Positions 1-8,871 of a stretch of DNA of 64,000 nucleotides are shown in pieces. Each line of letters begins with the position of its first letter. Positions within the stretch are counted from its first letter, which is position 1. The translations under genes and the position numbers were made by a program. The stretch covers positions 640,696 to 704,695 of the forward strand of contig CAWBPL010000002.1 in the NCBI GenBank assembly GCA_963790805.1, in the 5' to 3' direction. The notes under the pieces are model-generated. The model worked only from the letters and a program-made list of their open reading frames with translations, did not search any database and was not told where the DNA came from. The DNA is from Candidatus Gottesmanbacteria bacterium (lineage in GTDB: Bacteria; Patescibacteriota; Microgenomatia; UBA10105; UBA927).

Positions 1-74
1 GTGGGTGGCACGGATTGAAGGGATTGCGACTCGCGCAGATTTGGGTGGATCAGAGTTACCAACATAAACAATCA

Positions 75-220
75 AGCGATTCGACTCGGTAAATATTTTT
101 GAATAAGCGGATAATAGTTAATCGAGCACTGGCGGGAAAAAAATCCGTGACAGGACCCACATCTGTTCAGTTCCTGCGCATGACGGTGCTGCAAAATACA
201 TACCTTTCCGCGCAAATACT
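75..220 (+). repeat. Palindromic (hairpin-forming) intergenic repeat element, copy A
   Basis: The core 172-220 (tcctgcgcatgacggtgctgcaaaatacatacc...ccgcgcaa) aligns by eye at about 75-80% identity with 39901-39948. It aligns almost perfectly with the reverse complement of 59262-59287. The 5' arm cggtaaatatttttg (88-102) is partly complementary to caaaatacatacc (192-204). Confidence 0.6.
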
Positions 221-241
221 ATCTCGTGGTATTATGCAGCT

Positions 242-1882
242 ATGAAACGGTGGATGCAAAGCAAAGCCGTGTACCGCATGGTATGCGGTGAAGCGTTTAT
301 CGTGACTGTCTTTTCAGTTGTCGCCCTTTTGATTGCCGCATTGCCGTGGTTTATAAAATTGTCTTCAGTTCCGGTTGGCCGCGACATGATTCCCGTCCAT
401 AATTCTTTAGGGGATTATCCGTTTTACGTGAGCGTTATTCGACAGGGGATTGATGGAAGTATGGTAGTCTTTGACCGGTTTGCCGTTGAGCCGCACAACG
501 GAAGTCTCATCCATTTTTTGTATCTTGCAATCGGCTGGGCGGCGAGAATCGTGGGAATTCAGAGCGCCAATCTGGCGTATCACCTAAGCCGGTTTGTGCT
601 GGGAGCATTGTGGTGCATTGTCGTCTACTGGTTTTGCGATACGATTATCCGCAATAAATGGGTGAGAATTCTTGCATTTTTCTTTACCCTTTTTTCAACA
701 AGCTTCCCGAAATTTGTGTTCGTCAACGGTCAATGGACAGTTACATGGTTTATGAGCTGGTGGAGCGAGTTGGATCCGACTATCCGTATCGCATTTCTGC
801 CGCACTTCACTCTTGGCCATATCGCGATGGTTGTTGCGTTTATCAGCCTTTTTCGGTACGCTTCTAAACCTTCGCCGAAATGGCTTGTTTTGGGTGGCGT
901 TGCCGGATTTATCGCCGCTTTTGTGCATCCTCCGAGCGCCATACTGCTCTTTATGACGTTGCCGCTCTACGTACTCCTTATACGGAAAAAGCGATGGGTG
1001 GCAAGTGCCGGTGTCATTCTTTTTTTCGCGGGCATTGGACTTTTGATTCTCAATCACCTGTCGAGTGTTTTTCCGTGGAGTTTGGCGAAAGAATTTGAAG
1101 GCTGGTCGTACGCTATACTGATCCCTGAATATTTCTTGGCGCTCGGACCCGTCATTCTTTTTGCCGCAATAGGAGCAGTTAACCGGATTCGGGTACCTGT
1201 AACGTGGTTTCTTTTGTTGTGGATTATTACGTCGATTGTCGCGATTCCGCTTTCAAAGCAAATTCCCTTTAGCCCGATTGCGATGATGAGAGCCCATCCG
1301 ATATCAAATATCAGATTTCTCCAGATGGCCATTTGGCTGCCGCTCGGAGTTCTGGGAGCGTACGGGTTTTTTGATATCTGGAAGCATCTGGGGAAAGCTG
1401 CGGGAGTAATAATACTGACCGTATTTCTTTTTCTTACGTTCGTCGGGTATCCGGCAACGATAAACGAACAGATACATCATATATATTTTACCTACGATTA
1501 TTCGTATCCCAAGAAAGGCTATCTGGAAGCCATAGGGAAGCTTGCCCAGATTACTTCGAAGGATCAAACCGTTCTGTCATTATCACTGGGCGGGATGACG
1601 ATACCTATGTACGTGGATAGAACCAGCTATGTCGGTCAGGTCGTTTATACACCCGATCTTAATGCGAAAATGGCTGCCTCTTGGCAATTTTACAAAGGCA
1701 TGAGTTCTTGTGAAGCATATAAATTTTTAAAAAAGAATCGCGTCGGGGCGGTGCTTTACAGTTTTGATGAACGAAATGCAGGAGATGCCGTGCATTTTTA
1801 TCCGTTCCTGCAATCGTGGAACCGTTATGGCGATACGGAGATTTTCACCGTGGTCCAAAGCCCGCCTGCCGGATGCAACTAA
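242..1882 (+). CDS. Polytopic membrane protein, GT-C-like glycosyltransferase candidate (paralog family A, member 1 of 4)
   Basis: 546-aa ORF with more than 10 hydrophobic segments. The first-loop motif GDYPFYVSVIRQGIDG and the soluble C-terminal tail (YVGQVVYTPDLNAK) are shared with 1885-3495, 4273-6060 and 18863-20518. A TATTAT box lies at 230-235, 6 nt before the ATG. Confidence 0.6.
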   Translation: MKRWMQSKAVYRMVCGEAFIVTVFSVVALLIAALPWFIKLSSVPVGRDMIPVHNSLGDYPFYVSVIRQGIDGSMVVFDRFAVEPHNGSLIHFLYLAIGWAARIVGIQSANLAYHLSRFVLGALWCIVVYWFCDTIIRNKWVRILAFFFTLFSTSFPKFVFVNGQWTVTWFMSWWSELDPTIRIAFLPHFTLGHIAMVVAFISLFRYASKPSPKWLVLGGVAGFIAAFVHPPSAILLFMTLPLYVLLIRKKRWVASAGVILFFAGIGLLILNHLSSVFPWSLAKEFEGWSYAILIPEYFLALGPVILFAAIGAVNRIRVPVTWFLLLWIITSIVAIPLSKQIPFSPIAMMRAHPISNIRFLQMAIWLPLGVLGAYGFFDIWKHLGKAAGVIILTVFLFLTFVGYPATINEQIHHIYFTYDYSYPKKGYLEAIGKLAQITSKDQTVLSLSLGGMTIPMYVDRTSYVGQVVYTPDLNAKMAASWQFYKGMSSCEAYKFLKKNRVGAVLYSFDERNAGDAVHFYPFLQSWNRYGDTEIFTVVQSPPAGCN

Positions 1883-1884
1883 CA

Positions 1885-3495
1885 TTACGGCAGGACTTTA
1901 TAAAGCACCATAAGATCATTTTTATACACGGGAAGCATAAACGGTTTTTGGACAGCCGCCACAGATGCAAATGAAAGAACGTATGTAATTCCGTTATCCC
2001 TCAAAAATTTGTGCATAGCGTTGTCGTCTTCTTTTGCCTCAAAAAAATAATCAGCCTGTTGGATTTTTGCATCGGAATTTATGGTAAGAAGCGGATGCCC
2101 CATGTAGCCGCGCCGGCCCGTGATTGCCGGAAATGAAGCGTCATACGGCCATGTAACCAACACAACATCTTCCATGGTCGTACGTTTTTGGGCTTCTTTA
2201 AATGCATCATAGGCAGATTGCCCGATATAAAGATAGGAATTTGAGGGATTCACGTTTGCCTCGCGCTGGTATTGGGATGCAAAGAAGGGAACAAATATAA
2301 GCATGCCAATTCCCACAATACTCCAGCTGACTATCCGATGAACAGCGCTCTTGCGAATGGGCAGATGGGTGATGAAGTCGGCGGCGATAATGCATATGCC
2401 AAGTGCCGTGAGTGCAGAAAGAAAACGGACGTTTGTGATATGCGCATGTTCGGCAAGTGGTGAAACAAATAATGCGATTGAGGTGAGAAGATAAAAAACG
2501 ATAATTATTCGGGCAAGCGTCATCTTCCGCAAAAAAAGCGGTAATCCAGCTATTGCAAGAAGCGTTACGGGTCCGAATGACATGATAAAGCCCCAGATAT
2601 TTAATGTGACAAGTTGCCAGCTTTCCCATACTGCTAATTGAGAAAATGGAGGAGAGTTAAACAGGCGCATAAGATATACCGTCATCGGCAAACCGGTAAA
2701 GAAAAAAATGACAACGGGAACGAGAGGTTTAAACAACGATGCATGCTTGCGATGAATAAATGAATTCCACAAAAGACTGAGTCCGAGAACAAGGACAACA
2801 AGCAGCCATTGAACGGGATTGATGTTGGCAAGCAATGTTCCGCAAACGGCAAGGATGGCATAGCGGATGTATTTTTGAATTGAAGAGAGAGTATTGGATT
2901 GTAATTGAATGATGATAATGATCGGCGCAATCGTGCAAATCAGGCCGAGCATCTGGTGGGGGACACGGCTGAAGCGCACCATCGGTTCCATAACGTTAAT
3001 AAAAAATGTTTGCATCGGATCGATTATGAATTGTCCGTTTGTGTTGGTGACAGTGGGGAATGCGTTGGCGAAACAAAAGAGAAGAAACGCAATGATTTGC
3101 GCCTGTTTTTCTTTGGGAAAAATCATTTTCAGAAACACCAGCGAATAATACAGAAATACGAAGGTGAAGAGTAAAAGACTCAATTGATACGCAAGGATTG
3201 GAGATACACCGATGAGTGAAAACATGTGGCCCATAAATACGTTCGTTACACCGACGAGCGTGGGATTTGCAGCATCGTGGCTATAGAGATCTATTGAGGT
3301 GAATAATCGGGTTTTCCCTTGGGTAAACTGGGAAAGATAATAAAAATAATCCTGCGGATGATGGACGACACCAAGATATACCAGTCCCTGCGGCGCAGCT
3401 TTTGCTCCCATAATATAACTGGATCCCAACACGAGAGCAAAGAGAAGTGCGAGAATAACCCGCACAGTCCGCATGTTGCTGAAATGCGCTTTCAT
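1885..3495 (-). CDS. Polytopic membrane protein, GT-C-like candidate (family A, member 2)
   Basis: 536-aa multi-TM ORF. The motifs HHPQDYFYYLSQFTQG and GYMGHPLLTINSDAKIQQADYFF align with the other family A members. It is convergent with 242-1882 with a 2-nt gap. Confidence 0.6.
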   Translation of the reverse strand: MKAHFSNMRTVRVILALLFALVLGSSYIMGAKAAPQGLVYLGVVHHPQDYFYYLSQFTQGKTRLFTSIDLYSHDAANPTLVGVTNVFMGHMFSLIGVSPILAYQLSLLLFTFVFLYYSLVFLKMIFPKEKQAQIIAFLLFCFANAFPTVTNTNGQFIIDPMQTFFINVMEPMVRFSRVPHQMLGLICTIAPIIIIIQLQSNTLSSIQKYIRYAILAVCGTLLANINPVQWLLVVLVLGLSLLWNSFIHRKHASLFKPLVPVVIFFFTGLPMTVYLMRLFNSPPFSQLAVWESWQLVTLNIWGFIMSFGPVTLLAIAGLPLFLRKMTLARIIIVFYLLTSIALFVSPLAEHAHITNVRFLSALTALGICIIAADFITHLPIRKSAVHRIVSWSIVGIGMLIFVPFFASQYQREANVNPSNSYLYIGQSAYDAFKEAQKRTTMEDVVLVTWPYDASFPAITGRRGYMGHPLLTINSDAKIQQADYFFEAKEDDNAMHKFLRDNGITYVLSFASVAAVQKPFMLPVYKNDLMVLYKVLP

Positions 3496-4173
3496 TTAAT
3501 TTTGCGTCTGCCAGCTGACGCTGTCGATAATTTTGTCAAATACCGCTGGTGCAAGAACGCCGCTTGCCAGATGAATAATGTACTCGGGATGATCGGGAAT
3601 TTCAAAAAAAACATCATCGTTGGGAGTCAGACCGGAGTTGTCAATATACTTTGCGCGATATCCTTTGAGCCCCTTGCTGTTTGTAAACTGTGTTATGGAA
3701 GACACCCCCTTCAATCCGAATTGCCTCCACCAATCGCGTACGTAATTTATTTTTGATTCCGAGATGTATTGACTTCGGGAGCTGCTGTTTTTGAGATTAT
3801 CGACGCCCACTAAAACATTGGATGAAGGACTTTGACCTTTCCAGTCAATGGCATAAATATCGTATGTGTCATTGGGAAACGTAACGAGTTTTAACGTATT
3901 GGGTACGCTAAAGGAGTACGGGTAAATATTTCCTTTAACGGTATGCCATGGGATATCGGAAGCAACGGAAAATTGATTCGGGTTGACCGGTTGGGTTTGA
4001 TTCGTGTTATTCGATTGGGTGGAATCGACCGCTGAGCTGTCGATTGAGACCGCAATGGGGCTTTGGTGAGCAGAAATCTGATGGTAATGAATTAAGACGA
4101 GAACGGTAAGAATGAGAGTGATTATTCCTCCTATGACAGAAACTTTTATATACGGTGCATATTCGGATTTCAT
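3496..4173 (-). CDS. Membrane-anchored exported protein of unknown function
   Basis: The ORF runs 3496-4191 from a GTG. An in-frame ATG at 4173 gives MKSEYAPY. It has one N-terminal TM helix (VSVIGGIITLILTVLVLI), an S/T/N/Q-rich linker (SSAVDSTQSNNTNQTQPVNPNQ) and a globular part of about 170 aa. No motif was recognised. It directly abuts the start of 1885-3495. Confidence 0.5.
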   Translation of the reverse strand: MKSEYAPYIKVSVIGGIITLILTVLVLIHYHQISAHQSPIAVSIDSSAVDSTQSNNTNQTQPVNPNQFSVASDIPWHTVKGNIYPYSFSVPNTLKLVTFPNDTYDIYAIDWKGQSPSSNVLVGVDNLKNSSSRSQYISESKINYVRDWWRQFGLKGVSSITQFTNSKGLKGYRAKYIDNSGLTPNDDVFFEIPDHPEYIIHLASGVLAPAVFDKIIDSVSWQTQN

Positions 4174-4272
4174 TACCAGACATAGTAGCACAAACGAAAG
4201 CGATGGAAAACGTCAAATATGCAGATAAAAACCACGTTGCGTTTCGCGCTCGAATAGTTACAATAGCACTAT

Positions 4273-6060
4273 ATGCAACGCCGGTGGATCTGGGGATTGA
4301 TTGTCGTATTGTTTGTTCTGTTTTCTCTTGTTCCCACTTTCTATGAAATATCACGAAGAAATGATATTCACCCTGACCGTTATTTTGAATTAGTTCATAA
4401 TTTTTATACTGATTATAATTTTTATCTTTCGCGCATACGGCAGGGAAGGGAAGGGGCGTGGACGGTCCATGAAAAATACACCTCCGAACCCCATCAGGGA
4501 TCCTATATGCAGATTTTTTATCTCCTTCTTGGGAAGATTTCCGCATTTTCCCGAGTTCCGTGGCCCAACAGCGGAGATACGTATCACATGGCGCGCGTAG
4601 TTTTGGCAGCAACTCTGTTATTTGTTTTTGCGTATGCTTCAAAAAGCGTGTTTAAAAATTTTATCTGGCAGGTGTTCGGATTTCTTCTCATAGTGACGGC
4701 AAGCAGCTGGCCGATCCTTGTGTACCATATGGACGAGTGGCGCTTCGGCGGCTACATGCCGTGGTGGACCATCATGGATTCGCTCCAGCGCATTACCTTT
4801 ATTCCCCATATGCTTGCCGGTCAGGCGCTTATTGTGTTTCTTCTTTTGGCAATGGCATCAACCGTTACGATGAAGCGGGCCGGCAACTGGTTATTTTTAG
4901 GATTTCTCGCCTTTGTCTTGGGGGTCATATTTCCGCCTGGACTCACCTTTGTCGCTGTAGCGTACGGCGTATTTGTAGTTATTGATCTTTTGTATCGCTT
5001 GCCGATCAAGACGAAGAAAGACTGGACGGAGTGGGCGATCGTGCGTCTTGCAGGACCAATCGTTGTCGGCGTTATCAGCGCCCCATCGCTTCTGTATTTG
5101 GCTTTGGCACTTCGTATTTATCCATGGAAACGGCTTGTTGATTTTGCTGAATTGCACCCGCAACCGTTTAAATTAGGTGAATATGTATTAGCGGTCGGTC
5201 CTATTCTGCCTCTTGGTGTCATCGGTGCAATTATGGCGCTTGTAAATAAAGAAAAGAAACTTTTGCTGTTTGTTTCATGGGTGATCGCGTGGTTTGCCCT
5301 TATTATCGCATTTCAATATATTCCTCAGGAAAGCCCGCTCCGGTTTACCGAAATGCTTCCGCAGGTGCCGCTTGCAATACTTGCAGTTTACTTTTTTTAT
5401 CATGTTAATTTTTTGGGAATCATCGTAATGCATACGGCGCGGGGCGATAAAAATATATCTGATTCGTTACCCGCCGGCGTAAAAAGTTTTCTGTCCCATT
5501 CCATTGGTCACGCAAAGCAATCCTTACGGATTTGGTCGGGCGTAGGGAACGCGCTTCAATTTTTCTCACTTGGAGTGCCGGCGCTTCTGGTCGTACTCGG
5601 GCTTTGTCAAATGTATTCATCATGGCGATGGCAGGCAGAATTTGTTGACCATAAAATCGTCGCCACGGCGCCGTTAGTACCGACAGAAAGTTATGTGATG
5701 TATCCCTTAAAGGATTTTGTAACCGCTATGATTTTTATACAGGATCATACCAGCCGCGATACCGTCATACTTTCCGAAACGACGGCCGGTAATTATATGC
5801 CGGTATATTCAGGAAATACGGTCTATGTGGGTCACGCCAACACCGTCGACACAGAACAGAAGGAAATTATCGTTGCCGATTTTTTCAGCGGAAGAATGGG
5901 ACCCACAAAAGCGAAAGAATTTTTAACGCAAAATAATCTTCATTATATATTCTTCGGGCCGCAGGAAATGGACGACGGGGGAATAAGCGACCTTACGACG
6001 GCGTATCCCTTTTTAACCGAGATCTATAAAAATACGTATGTCCATATTTATCACTGGTAA
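4273..6060 (+). CDS. Polytopic membrane protein, GT-C-like candidate (family A, member 3)
   Basis: 595-aa multi-TM ORF. It carries the family A motifs YTDYNFYLSRIRQGREG and YSGNTVYVGHANTVDTEQKEIIVADFFSG. Confidence 0.6.
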   Translation: MQRRWIWGLIVVLFVLFSLVPTFYEISRRNDIHPDRYFELVHNFYTDYNFYLSRIRQGREGAWTVHEKYTSEPHQGSYMQIFYLLLGKISAFSRVPWPNSGDTYHMARVVLAATLLFVFAYASKSVFKNFIWQVFGFLLIVTASSWPILVYHMDEWRFGGYMPWWTIMDSLQRITFIPHMLAGQALIVFLLLAMASTVTMKRAGNWLFLGFLAFVLGVIFPPGLTFVAVAYGVFVVIDLLYRLPIKTKKDWTEWAIVRLAGPIVVGVISAPSLLYLALALRIYPWKRLVDFAELHPQPFKLGEYVLAVGPILPLGVIGAIMALVNKEKKLLLFVSWVIAWFALIIAFQYIPQESPLRFTEMLPQVPLAILAVYFFYHVNFLGIIVMHTARGDKNISDSLPAGVKSFLSHSIGHAKQSLRIWSGVGNALQFFSLGVPALLVVLGLCQMYSSWRWQAEFVDHKIVATAPLVPTESYVMYPLKDFVTAMIFIQDHTSRDTVILSETTAGNYMPVYSGNTVYVGHANTVDTEQKEIIVADFFSGRMGPTKAKEFLTQNNLHYIFFGPQEMDDGGISDLTTAYPFLTEIYKNTYVHIYHW

Positions 6061-6065
6061 GTCAT

Positions 6066-6638
6066 ATGAGTTTACTTCGACCGTATATCAATAAACAGGA
6101 AGCGCTTCTTTTGCCGTATCTTGACGGTACAAAACAACTTCTTGATTTCGGATGCGGAGACTTATCGCTCGCCAAAGGATTGAAAAAAGCATTGCCGAAG
6201 CTGAAGATTACGGGTGTCGATGTCGTGGATGCGGGTGTGCGGTCGAAAGAAATAGAATTCAAACTGTATAATGGTCATACGCTTCCGTTTCCCCAAAAAA
6301 CTTTTGATACCACAATTATTTATCACGTTTTTCATCATTGCGATGATCCGAGAGCTGCACTAGCAGAAGTAATGCGCGTAACAAAAAAACAACTGCTCAT
6401 CGTGGAACCGGTCTATCGCTCCTCGCTTGATCTTTTTTTTATGAAAATTCTTGACCGAGTCGGTAACGGGTGGCGCAACGTGACGATTCCCATGCCTTTT
6501 ACTTTTCAAAAAGAATCGACATGGACTGACTGGGCGCGCGAGTTTAAATGGAAAGTTACTGCGACGAGGCATGCAGGTGTGCTTCCCTGTTGGCTGCCGT
6601 TTGGAGAAACAAAACTATTTGTTATTCGCTTTTCCTAA
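6066..6638 (+). CDS. Class I SAM-dependent methyltransferase
   Basis: 190 aa. It has the SAM motif I LLDFGCGDLSLA, then ITGVDVVD and YHVFHHCDDP. It starts 5 nt after the upstream gene. Confidence 0.7.
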   Translation: MSLLRPYINKQEALLLPYLDGTKQLLDFGCGDLSLAKGLKKALPKLKITGVDVVDAGVRSKEIEFKLYNGHTLPFPQKTFDTTIIYHVFHHCDDPRAALAEVMRVTKKQLLIVEPVYRSSLDLFFMKILDRVGNGWRNVTIPMPFTFQKESTWTDWAREFKWKVTATRHAGVLPCWLPFGETKLFVIRFS

Positions 6639-8133
6639 CCATAAGTTCTTTATCATCTCCGACGCGCGCATAATGGTCGCTTATGTACAGTTCAACATCA
6701 TCAGGAAGTAAGGCCCGCGTGTAGTCATCAAGTACCAGATGTTGAAGTTTTTTCTCCTCGAGCATTTGGGTAATAGACGGCAACCGATTCATTATTACTG
6801 GCGGCACATTGCCGATGAAGTACCCAAAAGGGACAGGATAGGAAGGCGGGCGGAACAGATAATTCGGAAACACGCTTTCAGTCGGTGGAATTTGTGCCCA
6901 AACCGTTTCATATCGGGTAATCATGTCGCCGCTTGATATGGTCGAGCGCGTGATGTTATTGGTTACGCCTTCTTTCGCTAAAGCGATATAGATGAAGAAA
7001 AGAATCAGCATTGCAGTTATTTGAAACACTTTTCTCGTTTCGAGCATTGTCAGAAAATCATTAAGAACAACTCCTGCAAACAAAGCAAACATCCAGTTAA
7101 TGAGGAGATAATGCTGTAAAAATACTGATGGCACGTTGAAGACGACGATGAGTTGAGCGATAAGCGTTACACAAAGCATGACCCTGATAGTTTCCGTTCC
7201 GTTCAAACTGTGTTTTGAGATGATTTCCCGAATAACATGGTAGAAACCGGCAAACCCGACAAGCGGCAAGATCCACACATAGATCCACGAAAGCGGCATT
7301 CCCATAGTGCCGTATAAAAGAATATTATTGGGCGCATTAAAGTTGCCAAATGGTATGGGATATCGAAAAACGTTATATGCGGCTCCCGATTCAACGATCA
7401 ACTGCTGGATCATTTCATGCAAAGCTCCGATTGATACGCCGTAGAGCGCAAACAGGATAAAGGGGGCAAGAAATGCAAGCCCCATAGGAAGAAGTGAATG
7501 CATTGTTTTTTTGAAATAACAGTAAATGAAATAGATAAGTATTACGACGCCAACGGCAGGCGCTATTTTCATGAACGTGAGAATCGATAATCCGAAAAGA
7601 AATGCGGAAGCAGCCAGTTCCCTCACGCGTTTACTTTTCATGCCGAAGGACAAAAACATAAGGGCAAGCGTGTACATTGTCATCATGAGATTGTCCGGTC
7701 TGATCTGCATGCCTGAATACACGAGAAACGGGTCGAGAATGAAAAGCGGAAGAAAAAACCACGCCGTGCGCTTCGTAAATACCTGTCGGACAAAAAAATA
7801 TCCGGCGACAAGTCGTACGACAAAAAGAAGCACCATGATATATCGGGTAAATGCAATTGTTGTAAACGAGAACCCAAAAAGTAAAAATGCCGGCATGAGG
7901 ACAAGTTCAAATACCGGCGTGTAGAACGAGTTGTAGATGTCTTTGTATGGTTTATATCCGTGAACATAAAGATACACAAGATTTGCATGATGGAGTTCAT
8001 CGATGTCAAACTGATACCCGTAGCCGCTTTTGAGTACGGACCAAAGGAGCCAGATGCCGATGACGAACGAGGCGGTAACAAGAAGCGTAAGAAGAAATTT
8101 TCCCAACGACAATGCAGGAAATTTACTTTTCAT
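6622..8133 (-). CDS. GT-C glycosyltransferase, PMT/GT39-like (family C, paralog of 24552-26117)
   Basis: The ORF extends to 8193, with in-frame ATGs at 8193, 8142 and 8133, so the start is uncertain. It has more than 10 TM segments. The first-loop motif QFDIDELHHANLVYLYVHGYKPYKD matches RFFDVDEFTHMHWAADMARGQKPYVD in the paralog. It resembles the FDEVHF loop of protein O-mannosyltransferases. Confidence 0.6.
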   Translation of the reverse strand: MKSKFPALSLGKFLLTLLVTASFVIGIWLLWSVLKSGYGYQFDIDELHHANLVYLYVHGYKPYKDIYNSFYTPVFELVLMPAFLLFGFSFTTIAFTRYIMVLLFVVRLVAGYFFVRQVFTKRTAWFFLPLFILDPFLVYSGMQIRPDNLMMTMYTLALMFLSFGMKSKRVRELAASAFLFGLSILTFMKIAPAVGVVILIYFIYCYFKKTMHSLLPMGLAFLAPFILFALYGVSIGALHEMIQQLIVESGAAYNVFRYPIPFGNFNAPNNILLYGTMGMPLSWIYVWILPLVGFAGFYHVIREIISKHSLNGTETIRVMLCVTLIAQLIVVFNVPSVFLQHYLLINWMFALFAGVVLNDFLTMLETRKVFQITAMLILFFIYIALAKEGVTNNITRSTISSGDMITRYETVWAQIPPTESVFPNYLFRPPSYPVPFGYFIGNVPPVIMNRLPSITQMLEEKKLQHLVLDDYTRALLPDDVELYISDHYARVGDDKELMVRKSE

Positions 8134-8183
8134 TGTATTCATAATAGCATAGGGCAGAAGTGAAATATGAGTATCACAAAAAT

Positions 8184-8870
8184 ATGAGTACATTCGTTTC
8201 TATCGTTTCGCCTCTCTATAATGATGCTTCAACGATGCCGTCAGCGCTTCCGCTCCTCGAGCGGCTGGCTGGTTCTCATTTTTCCCGCTGGGAAATTGTG
8301 CTCATTGATGACGGAAGTCAAGATAACGGTCCCGCGTGGATCCGTCGTTACGTAAAAGAGAGAAAACATATTCATGTGTATTTTCATCAGAAAAATCAGG
8401 GAATTGCAAAGACCTATCGGGAGCTCTATGCGCGGACAAAAGGGGACGTCATTGTGCTTTTCAGTCTTGACGGCGGTTGGGATCCCTCCGATGCTGTCCG
8501 TCTTGCTCAAAACGCTATCGATGATCAATTGGATATTGTGGTCGGCGTCCGGAAGAAAAAATCCTATACGCTCTGGCGAAGCGTCGTATCGATTTGCTAC
8601 AACTGTGCGACCAGATTTCTTTTTGGCGTAGATACCAAAGATGCGGGTAGCATTAAAGCAATTCGAAAAGAAGTTATTCAAAAAATACCGATTGTTTCCC
8701 GAGGGGTTTTTGATGAGGCAGAGCGCATTATTAAGGCAAAACGTTTAGGATTCCGCATTGGATATTTGCCTGTTTCCCATTCAGCTTCCCGTGATAAAAA
8801 ACGTCGAGGAATCCGACCACAGCATGTTATCGAAGCTCTTGATGATTTGGTATCAGTACTGAAAAGGTGA
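8184..8870 (+). CDS. GT2 family glycosyltransferase (polyprenyl-phosphate sugar synthase-like)
   Basis: VSIVSPLYNDASTM, VLIDDGSQDNG and FSLDGGWD follow the GT-A pattern. The track ORF starts at GTG 8160, which would overlap the divergent gene. ATG 8184 is preferred. Confidence 0.75.
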   Translation: MSTFVSIVSPLYNDASTMPSALPLLERLAGSHFSRWEIVLIDDGSQDNGPAWIRRYVKERKHIHVYFHQKNQGIAKTYRELYARTKGDVIVLFSLDGGWDPSDAVRLAQNAIDDQLDIVVGVRKKKSYTLWRSVVSICYNCATRFLFGVDTKDAGSIKAIRKEVIQKIPIVSRGVFDEAERIIKAKRLGFRIGYLPVSHSASRDKKRRGIRPQHVIEALDDLVSVLKR

Positions 8871-8871
8871 T

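Noticed and set aside
1-67. Possible 3' end of an upstream plus-strand gene (..WVARIEGIATRADLGGSELPT*), or 5' end of a minus-strand ORF starting at 65.
   Set aside because: Only about 22 codons are visible and both readings are open. There is no motif to support either.
4007-4642. A 211-aa minus-strand ORF spanning the 4192-4272 intergenic region.
   Set aside because: It overlaps two better-supported genes (3496-4173 and 4273-6060) on its flanks, has no recognisable motif and has odd composition. It is probably spurious.
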